Shown: positions 1-10,551 of the stretch, piece by piece
Numbering within the stretch: the stretch's first letter is position 1
Layout: the number at the start of each line of letters is the position of its first letter
Source: Anthoceros angustus
Taxonomy: Eukaryota; Plantae; Anthocerotophyta
Direction of reading: 5' to 3'
DNA length: 64,000 bases
Assembly (NCBI GenBank): GCA_010909165.1
Contig: VJWM01000126.1
Span: 372,001 to 436,000 of the forward strand
Notes under the pieces: generated by a model
Told to the model about the DNA's origin: nothing
The model's input: the letters and a program-made list of their open reading frames with translations, nothing else
Database searches by the model: none
Position numbers and translations under genes: made by a program

Positions 1-119
1 TGGGTAATTACAAATTTGGGAACCTTTCCAAGACTTCCCACAAGTTTGTAAGGGTTCCTCATTAAACGGTGGAATACGAGCGTTGTTTTCTACAATCTAG
101 CTAAGCTCTTGCTGTCGCC

Positions 120-1712
120 ATGGTGCTTAGCCGGCGGAAGCTGCGAGCTAAGAAACTGGCGGCGGCTGTGCTGGAAGGTGAGCTCGGGTCGGACGCCGGC
201 CAAGGGAAGACGGTTCGAGCGGAGGCGGAGTCCGAACTTGAGGGGAAGGGGGGGAAGAAGAGGAGGAGGAAAGACGTGAACGGGAGGGAACAGGAGAACG
301 GAACGGAGAAGGTGGAAGCGGCGGTGGAAGATGACCTCGAGGCAAGGAGATTGAGGAAGAAGGAGAAGAGAGCTAATCGGAGGAAAGGGGAGGAGGGAAA
401 GCCTGCGGATGGGGGTGTAGGAGAGGTAGAAGTAGATGACCTAGAGGCGAGGAGATTGAACAAAAAGAAGAAAACGACTAGTAAGAGGACCTTGGAGGAG
501 GGCAAGCCTGCGGTTGGCGGTGTAGCAGAGGTAGAAGGAGATGACCTAGAGGCGAGGAGATTGAAGAAAAAGGAGAAGAGAGCTAATAGGAGGAGCTTGG
601 AGGAGGGCAAGCCTGCGGATGGCGGTGTAGCAGAGGCAGAAGGAGATGACCTGGAGGCGAGGAGATCGAAGAAAAAGGAGAAGAGAGCTAATAGGAGGAG
701 CTTGGAGGAGGGCAAGCCTGCGGATGGCGGTTCAGGAGAAGTAGAAGGAGATGACCTAGAGGTGAGGAGATTGATGAAAAAGGAGAAGAGGGCTAATAGG
801 AGGAGCTTGGAGGAGGGCAAGCCTGCGGATGGCGCTGTAGGAGAGGTAGAAGGAGATGACCTAGAGGCGAGGAGATTGAAGAAAAAGGAGAAGAGGGCTA
901 GTAGGAGGATCTTGGAGAAGGGCGAGCCCGCGGGAGGCGGTGTAGGGGAGGGAGGGGAAGAGGGAGACCGTGCTGCAGGGAATGGCGAGGTGAAGGAGAC
1001 AGTAGAGGATGAGGACAGGACAAAGAAGGAGAAGACGAAGAAGAAAAAGAAACAGAAGAGTGGAGTGAATAGATGGGGTGAGAAGGAGGTAGAGAATGTT
1101 GAAGATGAGGAGCAGGAGCAGGCGGTGGAGAAATCAGGTGGGGAGGATGTGGAGGGAGGATACGAGAAAAGGAAGGTTCTGGTGGGAGGGATGCCCTACT
1201 CTGTGAGCGAGGATGACATTGTCGACTACTTCGGGGCATGTGGTCGCGTTGCGGAGTTAGATTGCGTCTTGTTTCCGGATACTGGCAAGTTTCGGGGGCT
1301 GGCTTTCATCACGTTTGAGACGGAGGCCGGGGCGAGGGCGGCTCTGGAGCTGGATGGAGCTGATATGGGGGGGAGGTACCTCAAGATTCAGCGCTCCAAG
1401 GTGAAGGAGGCTAAGGCGGAAAAGCCTCGATTTGAGAAGCCTCCGCAGAAGCATGAAGGCTGCACTTCGGCGTACATAGGGAACCTGGCCTGGGACGTGA
1501 CCGAAGAGGAGTTGAGGGACTTTTTTAAGAAGTGCAAGATTACAGGGATGCGATTTGCACACGACAAGAATACAGGAGAGTTCAAGGGCTTCGGTCATGT
1601 GGATTTTGCGGATGACAGGTCCTTGGAGACTGCCATTGCCTTGGACCAGCAGTTGGTCCATGGGAGGCCAATTAAGATTTCCTATGCTGTTCCACACAGG
1701 CGAGGCAACTAA
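120..1712 (+). CDS. PHIP1: Phragmoplastin-interacting protein 1-like / nucleolin-like RNA-binding protein with two RRMs and a K/E/R-rich repetitive N-terminus; intronless
   Basis: 530-aa ORF starting MVLSRRKL (PHIP1-type N-terminus). RRM1: KVLVGGMPY...FRGLAFITF. RRM2: AYIGNLAW...FKGFGHVDF. No C-terminal zinc knuckles. Confidence 0.8.
   Translation: MVLSRRKLRAKKLAAAVLEGELGSDAGQGKTVRAEAESELEGKGGKKRRRKDVNGREQENGTEKVEAAVEDDLEARRLRKKEKRANRRKGEEGKPADGGVGEVEVDDLEARRLNKKKKTTSKRTLEEGKPAVGGVAEVEGDDLEARRLKKKEKRANRRSLEEGKPADGGVAEAEGDDLEARRSKKKEKRANRRSLEEGKPADGGSGEVEGDDLEVRRLMKKEKRANRRSLEEGKPADGAVGEVEGDDLEARRLKKKEKRASRRILEKGEPAGGGVGEGGEEGDRAAGNGEVKETVEDEDRTKKEKTKKKKKQKSGVNRWGEKEVENVEDEEQEQAVEKSGGEDVEGGYEKRKVLVGGMPYSVSEDDIVDYFGACGRVAELDCVLFPDTGKFRGLAFITFETEAGARAALELDGADMGGRYLKIQRSKVKEAKAEKPRFEKPPQKHEGCTSAYIGNLAWDVTEEELRDFFKKCKITGMRFAHDKNTGEFKGFGHVDFADDRSLETAIALDQQLVHGRPIKISYAVPHRRGN
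330..950 (+). repeat. Coding tandem repeat, 6 x 105 bp (35 aa, DDLEARRLKKKEKRANRRSLEEGKPADGGVxEVEG)
   Basis: GATGACCT(A/C/G)GAG recurs at 330, 435, 540, 645, 750 and 855. Confidence 0.95.
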
Positions 1713-2448
1713 GGCTGATAACCTTGAGTTTTTTCTTTCCTTGTTTCTTAAGAGTGTTGTGATCGTCAGGTCAAAGTGGCACAGGCAATATGTGCTCACC
1801 GGCTCATCTTGTAGAGTTTGTGCTCCAACTTGAGTAGTTCTGGACATTAGCAAAGTTGTAAGCAAAACAGGAGCTAGTCCGTACGCTACTGAAAGGAAAA
1901 GAGGAGAAAGGGCTCTGCGGATTTTCAAGGACAATTTCCCAAGCTATGAAATGCGTGGACGGTTTCCGTCAGCGACCTGTAGAAGACACCTCCCGTTCGT
2001 CTCACGCTGGGGTTAGCAAATCCTAGAACTAGACTGCAATACTGCACTCCAGGCCTTTCTGCTTGTGAGAAGTGTAACATCACAATGCAATGCAAAATAG
2101 ATAACACAAAGCGAGATACCCTCAAAAAATAGCCCAGCTCCTGCAATAGGAAGACAGGTCACTCTCAGTGATTTTGATCCAAACCCATGTCATGGGCAAT
2201 AAATTTACAACGGGAGCTTGAGGAAAATGGAACCTGGGTGCAGGTGTCAAAACATAGCCAGGGTAAGCAAGGGTGGCGGACTTCTGCTAGGACTAGGAGT
2301 GAATGGAGCATTACCTGAGGCTAAACGGAGGCACCCGGTAGGCGGGCCATGAATACACCTGCTGTGACCGCCTAATGGACAATGTAAGACGAGCTCAGAC
2401 GGATTTCTAACTTTCAATATTATACACGATCTAGCAGCTGGTTGCAGA

Positions 2449-5400
2449 CTAAGCAGTAGTCCTCATATCACTCATTTCACTCTGGGGGGTTCCCGGGAGA
2501 CTTTGCTGACCGGCATTCTGGTTAAGAGACTGGGCAGACTGAGAAATCGCTTGGCCAGAGGATTGAGGACCCATTTGCTTCGCCAGGGCTTGCTGGTACA
2601 TCTGAGAACCTAATTGACTATAATTGATGGACTGGTTGAGGGCCTGGGAAGAAAGTTGACTCAGACCTTGAGACTGGGACTGTGCCTGACTCAGCGCTTG
2701 GGCTTGGGTAAAGGCCTGCGACTGAGCCTGACTTAATCCTGGAGACTGGAGCTGGCTGAGACTAGACTGATGACTAATGGCCTGGGCGGAGAACTGAGAC
2801 GACGCCTGATTTCCAGACAGAGTCTGACCTTGGCCCAGGGGCTGCAGGTGGGGGACAGCAGGCGGCTGCATCTGATGCATACTACCTTGGGACTGCGACA
2901 AGTTCAGACTTCGAGCTTCCATCTGGCTGCGGATCTGCGGCTGCAAATGGGCAAACTGCTGAGGAAGCTTCATATTTGAAAAATCCCGCAGTTGTGAGAT
3001 AGAGGACCCCTGCAGTTGGTTCAACAGCTGCCCTTGCAGATGTTGTTGAAGGGACTGCGAAGGAACTCGGGCCAGTCCTGAAGTATGTGTTGCTGGAGTA
3101 CTTGATGCAGGCCCCTGTGTGAGATGGTTGATAATCTGTGTCAATGACCCTTGCGCACCTGAGAGTAGTCCTTTCATTTGCAATTTCCTTGCATTCGGGA
3201 ATTGCGCAAGTGCCTCTGCAAAGGGGCAGAACGATTGAAATGAGCACTTTCTGCAAGACAACTCAACATTTTCACGAAACCACAGTGGAACTACCTGCAA
3301 AGCAAGACTTACCAATGGGACCTAGCTTTGTTTTGTTATCAAAAGATATCAGGTCTTTCATGCTATTCACAACCTCTGATATCTGGAAGGAACAAATTCC
3401 AGCACAAGACAAAGGTCAATTAAAAGTACAGTCCACGCTGGCAAAAAGACGGGGATCCGCTCCTCATACCTGCAAACATCTAACATAACGTTTCGAAAAA
3501 CCAAGGTCGTTAACACTGGGGGCATCCAACTTCATGGCCAGCTGTCTTGCTGTTTGTGTAAATCTGCACTCACAGAACACGAAAGACCATCGAATGACAT
3601 CTCTAACAGAAGGCTCAGCCCTTTGAAAAACAGCATCACTGTGTGACAGATTTTTGATGGCTTACGAATTGCAATGGGACTTCAGATTTTCAACACTTGC
3701 ATCAAACCCCTCCTGATCGGCCTCAATTACTAAGCTAGCCAGTTGGTGTGCCTGAACAGACAAGTATGTCAGTCACATGACAGTTGAAAACCAGTGTACC
3801 AAAACGGTAAGATATAGAACAGGCACAGACCTGCTGCAGCAAATTCTTCCGAGGAACTACCTCCTCATGGGCAGTTGTACAAAACTCCCATGAATGTATC
3901 TGGGCAAGGTAAATGTTAACGATGTGGATGGGCAAATGCAGACAACTTGGAAGGTACAAAGATCTGCCCAAGAATGCTCCATGACAGTCGAGTAGGAGGC
4001 AATACCTTCAATGCTGGACTAAAAGTCACTCGAAGCCTTCCATATCTTACAACCTACAAACAAATACATCCAGAACTGGCTCTCATGAGCATGGAACTGT
4101 ATCAAACCAGTTGAGCGGAATGACTTGACATAGGGAGCATGACAAGCATACCCGCAGCTCTTGAAAGATTGATTCGTGTACAGCATTGGGATACTCTAGT
4201 ACAAACTTGCCAGAAGATAAAACATACCTGTGCACATCAGGTTAAAGCCCATCATAAAATGGAGTTTAGCAGAAACACCACAGCAAACAGACACCTCAAG
4301 AGAGAGCACTCACTCCTCAGCAGCATCCAGAAACAATAGCTCATCAACGAGCCCACTGTCGTATTTGATTTTGAACAGCCGAGGTAATACGTCCGTGCAA
4401 GATTCTGATCAACCAGAGAACACAAACGCTACATAGCATCAGGCTTTTGTAACCTACAAATGCTCTCACTAAGGACATGGTAATAGGTCAGTTGCTAAGA
4501 CTTTGGGACATGGCCACCAATAATTAGCCAGAGACGTCAAGGACAGTAGGCTTCCTCCAATCCAATGTTGACTTCCTAGCCAGGAAAAGCATGGGCTCTT
4601 GGCATTATTGGACTACATAACATGAAACGCAATGCTTCATGTCCATAATAATTCGCCACATAGACGACAACCAATCATCCAATAGGAATTAACTAATCTC
4701 TGCCTCACCGGGAATAGGCTCCAGGAGCAAGGGTTCAGAGAATCAACACTGCAGTCAAACAAAAGACTTTCTCTTGTAGCTGTTCAACAATCTTAAGATG
4801 CTCAACAAGCTAATAATCATGCACACGTGGACAGAGAAACTCACCAAAACCCCGGCCTGGTTGGACACCGCAGATATTACAAAACCAGTATTCCTGAATG
4901 CCATAGTCACAATCAAAACTTAGGGCACACAGAAAAATCTTGAACCCAAAGTACCCTTCAAACTAAATAGCAAAACCTATCAACGAACCATTGGAAAAAG
5001 GCCTTGAGCATGCTTTCCAACAGGTGAGGAGTTGTTATAGCTAGTCAAACACCACCGCTTCCTTCCACCTGGAGCAAAGAACTCACGCACAAGATTTCTC
5101 CAGAAGCCGATGTTATTGTCCTGGAAGACGACACTACCAGTCACGACAACTCCAGGAGAGAATAACCTGAAATGAGACATCACTCATAGACGGCAGGTAT
5201 CTGTGGCCCAGCAAGCCAGAGTTTGTCACCTGAGGACGTTTCCTTTGTTCCTGGATGTAAAGTTTTAGCACTTGAAGACACTGAGAGGAAATAGAAACTG
5301 GCATTGGACTTTGAGTGATTCCTTCAGCAGCACCTCCACGAAATCCAGTGAGACCACTTGCCGAATTATGTAAACACTGGCGAGCTTTCAAGCCCTGCAG

Positions 5401-7046
5401 CAGTTGACTTTGAAACGTTGGCTGCATGCTGGCAATCATTTGCTGAACTCCACCAGAGAGCTTCAAACCAGTGGCAGCTTGATGACCATGGTACTGCGGA
5501 TGCTGACTCATGGAATACATGGCCTGCTGACCACCCATTTGATATATGGCTTGATGGTTAGCAGCAGCTTGCTGGTTTGCTGCCTGCGCACGTGCATGAG
5601 CTTGTGACAGTGCCTGAGCTTGCATATGAGCTAGACTTGGCTGTCGCTTCACCGCTGTGTGCTGCAAGAAAGAGTCAAGTCATTGTTTTTGTACATTGTC
5701 TGCGTTCCCATCCCAAGAGTGACTGAACACAAACAAAACATTACCTGGTAAGACAGAGAGTTTGCAGCCGCATTTGGCTGCAAGGAGGAGTGTTGAGAGG
5801 AGAAAAATTGGGACGGACTGCTAAGACCTGGTTGCTGAACTACTGGCTGACTAGCACCTTGCATCAATCCTAAAATTCGAGGGGACTGCAGATTGGCTTG
5901 TTGACTATGATAATTCATTGCTGGAGCTCCATGGGGTCTGGAATAACTCAAAGGTTGATTTGCCAATTGAGCCCTTGACATATGCAAGGGCTCTCCATGC
6001 TGCCCGAGCTGCTGTGCAAGCTGCTGTTCAAGCTGCTGCCCAATGTTCTGGCCAAGGTTCTGCCCAAGCTGCTGACCAAGCTGCTGCCCAGCTCCTTCAG
6101 GTAAGCATTGGAGCTGTCCATTCCCCAGGTGCCCCTGATGTCCAGGGCGATGACTGGCTAGCTGTCCTACGTCAAAGTCAGGTTGGTCGCTACTAAGGTC
6201 ACAACCATCCAACTCCAGTGGTGTTGCTCCTGTGAAAGGACCTTGGAAACTCGACTCTTGAAAAGAGAAGTCTTGCCCATTATTTGCAGAACCTGTTTGT
6301 GAAAGCGATTGATGGCTCAAAAATCCAGGCTCTCCTGTGGTAGAGGTTACACCCCCTGAGCTAACCTGTTGACTCTGAAACTTCCGGCCTTGAAATCCTT
6401 GCATATTAGCCATGGTTCTCTGCATGGGTAGTTGCTGAGTCCCCAATTGCCGAGTTGACTGATCAAAACCAGTCTGGAAGTTCAACACTTTCTGATCCAT
6501 GACAGGCTTGCCTTGCAGGATCTCCAAACCGGCCTGTGAGTTAGCAGTAGGATGGCTGTCAAAGACATAAGGCTCCTGCTTCATAGACTGAAAGCCCCTC
6601 TCCGCAGAAGATACTGCACCCAGGTTGTTCTGCCCTTGACTGCTAATGGAACCATTGAGACCTTGTTGTGGATGCTGCTGAGCATTGGAGGTAGAAGATA
6701 CCGCTGTCGTCCCCGACCACTCATCAGCAGGTGCCAATGAACCAGTTGCAGAACCTGGCTGCGGTTGCGAAATGGGGATAAGTGCAGCTGAACCCAGATT
6801 ACTAAAGGTATCCTGCGATCCTGACTCAAGAAAGGAAGTGGAAATATCAGAGGTAATGTTCGACGCAAACGAGGCATTGAGAATTGATAAATCAACCGAA
6901 TCCGACGGGCTAGGATCTGTAGCCCTAAGGGACATGGTATCACTCGCCATCGCTCCTTGAGAAGCAAACTGCATGGAATGCCCTGAGAGATTTCCGCCTG
7001 ATAACTGCCGCACATCCATTGCAGCTGCCGCACCAAGCCTTGCCAT
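2449..7046 (-). CDS. SEU: SEUSS/SEUSS-LIKE transcriptional co-regulator (LIM-domain-binding family), multi-exon, Q-rich
   Basis: Exons encode LKLYIQEQRKRPQ / DNNIGFWRNLVREFFAPGGRKRWCLTSY / VLPRLFKIKYDSGLVDELLFLD (LDB dimerisation domain), with Q-rich flanks and GT-AG introns. First ATG at 7046 (MARLG); TAG at 2449-2451. Exact termini are inferred. Confidence 0.88.
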
Positions 7047-8944
7047 ATTTCCAAGCCACCTACTCCTCCCTAGTGCAAACAAAGTTGGTGTCTGCAGAGC
7101 CTCGCTCTGCCCCACCTAATCAGGCCAGCATTCCCGACTGCAAACGCGCCACCCAGTCAGGAATGGCGTTCACCATCAACATCCAAGGCCTACCAGACCC
7201 ACGTCCCTAACTCGTCACCACAAACGCTCCTCCCCAACAACGAATCAGCTTCCAGCCAAACCCATCTTCCCATACCCACAACCTCACCTTTATCACATTC
7301 ATGCTCCAATTGAGACCCTGCGGTAAGCATACCCCGACGCGATGCGCTTCACGCCTAAAGACCCCAGACCCCACCCCGACCGTCCCTGCGGGAACCTACT
7401 GTACGGACATCATGCGACGCCATGACTGCACCTCCACCAAAGCTTTCGATCATCCCTTCCACTATTGCTGCACCAAACATGCGCGTCAGGCTCCAAGAAT
7501 AAATACTTGATCGCCCTCCTCGCAAACCCAGCACAAAGCACTTGTCCGCGGATCGGCCTGCCCCGGCCCGATCTAGTCACAACCCCGTCCATAGCGTCCC
7601 CCATACTCCACCCCCACAAACACACATACTGCCACCCCTCAGCTGCAGCTTCCTCGAGTCCACGTCCTGCTGCCAGCTGAGCTCCTCGTGCACCTGCGCA
7701 CCCACTGCTAGTGCAAATTCCCGAAGCTCGTTACCAGGTGGACAGGTCCCAGGAGGGGGCAGGGCTCATGCGAGGTACAAACGTGCGAAGATAAAATGGG
7801 CTGCCGGAGGAGATTTACCACAGAAATTCCTTTTTCCTAAGCTGCAGCATGGCACGAGAAGGACAACCATTCCCCCTTCCCTAATGCTCCGGGAGTGCGG
7901 CAAGAGCTCCCCTCAGGCTCCCCAACGACACAATCAAGACCATTTCCAGCACTTCTTTGCTTCCAAGTAGGGGATACCCATACGGTCAGACTCCAGGTCA
8001 GAACCTTCTCCGAAGTTTTTTGTGTTTTAGATAAGAGCGAGTTGCCATTTCATTTTCCGTGACCACCTCCACGGCACGCGCCTTCTTCAGGAGTCCGTTA
8101 CGTCGCCCGCAGCCCCTCTTTCTAATAACACGGATACCTACCTTTACAGAAGTTAAAGAATGAAATCTATTAGTTTCTTGTCATAAACTTGGTACTTAAT
8201 AACTTCTGCTATGATGTGCCTGAGCTACTTGTACCAAGAACATCCATTTCCTCTAGGCATCTCATTGAAGTATTGATCTAAGTGCAGATGTTTAGCAAGG
8301 GAGTTTTTATAAATGTGAGTTCATTTAATCAAAGTCATTGGGATACACATTAATCTAGATATGTAATCCATATGGCATCTTTATGGTATCCACTTATTAC
8401 ATTTTATATATATACTACCACGACACACACATCCTTATATATCACTTAATCTACACCTAAAGCCTTTCTTATTACACATCACACTGGACCCAATCCGAAG
8501 AATCTTGATAATCCTCCTCCAACTTTGACCCCCTTAGTCCAAAGAGTTCTAGAGTTTACTGATTTAAGGGTAGTATGAATAATGTTTGATAGATATAATG
8601 TTTGATAGATATTATATTATATTTTAAAATATTATAAAATAAAAAATCTAATTGGAGATTATAAATTTGAACTTGAAGTTGGAAGATTTCACATCTACAT
8701 TTCATGTTAAGATTAACTAGGTAGGTTGTTTAATTTATCGGTATGTGATATTGTGTGGATACCTATTATGAATCACAGAGTTACACAAGCCCTACCTGCA
8801 TAATAAATATAGAATAGCTTATGTGCATGGGGCAATTTGTTGAGATTTTGCCCTGAAAATTTGAAGCTAAAAACTCTAACAATATGAATATGAGGTGGTG
8901 CATATTGGGTGATGTAGGTAATGCTGGTTTAGCCTGAATGTTGC

Positions 8945-9024
8945 CATAAGTTGTTTGATGAACCTAGTTGCAACAAACCCTAGTCATAAGTTGTTTAATG
9001 AACCTGATTGCAACAAACCCTAGT
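8945..9024. repeat. 40-bp tandem duplication; each unit contains AAACCCTAG (telo-box-like)
   Basis: CATAAGTTGTTT(G/A)ATGAACCT(AG/GA)TTGCAACAAACCCTAGT at 8945 and 8985. Confidence 0.85.
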
Positions 9025-9166
9025 GACCGACTACACTTGGTTGTACACATCTCCCCTACAGCTTCATGATGTAAGGGGGACCTTTAAGCAATATACAAAG
9101 ATGGGTGGTTGTAGATGAAGCCCTAGATTTATTCGTTCTTTGTCTCAATCTAATAGAACTCTCACT

Positions 9167-9170
<4 letters not shown>

Positions 9171-9224
<54 letters not shown>
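9171..9224. repeat. (AT)27 microsatellite
   Basis: Directly visible. Confidence 0.98.
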
Positions 9225-9227
<3 letters not shown>

Positions 9228-9799
9228 CATTTTAATTTTTTTATAATGACCATATCAGATTCTTTAGCTTCAAACATAGTACTTGCTAAAAAGAAAGAGA
9301 AAGAAGAAGACTTTATTATAAAAAACGGGAAAAACCCATGCACCTCAAAAACAAAGGGAAAAACCCAACAAAGAGTACCATGCCAGGGCGACTAGCCCCA
9401 CGATCAAAAAAAAAAGTAGCTTATTGCTACTCTAGCAAGAGTTTCTAAATTTTTACAAAAGAATGTGACAAAATAAATATATGTAAAGCCTCCCATTAAC
9501 CATGTGTGTAAGAGTTCAAGGACATGTTGCACGATCTTACATTGATCCTCTTTTTTCTAATGTGATGTGAAATAGTCAAAAGAGCCATTTGAGAAGCTCC
9601 CATCTCCTAATAACATATAATAATTAGCCAAAACCAAAAATATAATGATTCATGGACATTTAATATCATAAGAATCTTCACAATGTAGAAAACTTCTTCT
9701 TTCATTTTCAAGACTTGCAAAACACAAGGCTACAAACTGATTGAATGGACAAATGATTCTAGGCACAAATACTTCTAGGTTAATTGAAGTTTTTCGATT

Positions 9800-10162
9800 C
9801 TATTTTCCTTTCTTCTTTCCTTTCTTGTCAGGCTTTTCTTCAGGTTTCTCAGCATCCTCTTCAGGTGGATCCAATGGTCCCTCGGGCGGGGGTGGAGGTG
9901 TAAGTTCCTCAATTTTTTTCAATGACTCCTCATGTTGTTTAGACAAGTCTTCAAATTTTGCTTGCAATGCAATCTTCTCATTTTTCAGAGTCTCATACTC
10001 TGCATTTGAGAAGCCTCCAAGACTATGCAAGATGAAGTCAAGTGCTATAACGGGTTTCTCCTTTTCCTCATAGAGATTTACCAGCACTTTTGTTAGAGCA
10101 TCTAATACTCCACTGGCTTCCAAGTATTTCCGGAAAGCCTCTTTTCGTGATTCGCTTCCCAT
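9800..10162 (-). CDS. MYCBP: c-Myc-binding protein (MYCBP/AMY-1/FAP174 family) homolog; intronless
   Basis: MGSESRKEAFRKYLEASGVLDALTKVLVNLYEEKEKPVIALDFI matches the family signature, followed by a coiled coil and a P/K-rich tail. ATG at 10162. Confidence 0.9.
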   Translation of the reverse strand: MGSESRKEAFRKYLEASGVLDALTKVLVNLYEEKEKPVIALDFILHSLGGFSNAEYETLKNEKIALQAKFEDLSKQHEESLKKIEELTPPPPPEGPLDPPEEDAEKPEEKPDKKGKKKGK

Positions 10163-10551
10163 ATCTTCCAAGTTATAGAAGCTGATGTGCTTGAATTGCA
10201 GGGACTTTGGTTATGGTTAGAACCACCGTGGTTCATTATGTTAGACCAACTGTGGTTTAGGGTGCTACAAAAGTTGTTTGGGTGTTTGAGTCTTCAATAA
10301 AAGTGATACAATACCTAGGTGTTTATGGATGCAAAGGCAAAGGTTTCCTTAGCATTCAGTTATCACAGTAGAATTGAAGTAGTTTGACATAAAGTAACTC
10401 TATGTGGAATCCAAAAATCTCAAGTGTCTTGTTTGCATTCAAGCCCTCCTGATTTGGCCTCATCGGAATGGTGTGGTCATCTACAATACGTGGGCATCCT
10501 GCCACAGTCTGCTGTTAGAGACTCTCATCTTCGGACAGCGGTCCTTGAACG

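Noticed and set aside
101-820. 239-aa antisense ORF, and similar long shadow ORFs at 31777-32433, 35949-37130, 37082-37780 and 57346-58158
   Set aside because: They are antisense or off-frame shadows of repetitive or GC-rich real genes, with no independent motifs.
9056-9395. ORFs containing YIYIYI runs
   Set aside because: These are translations of the (AT)n microsatellite.
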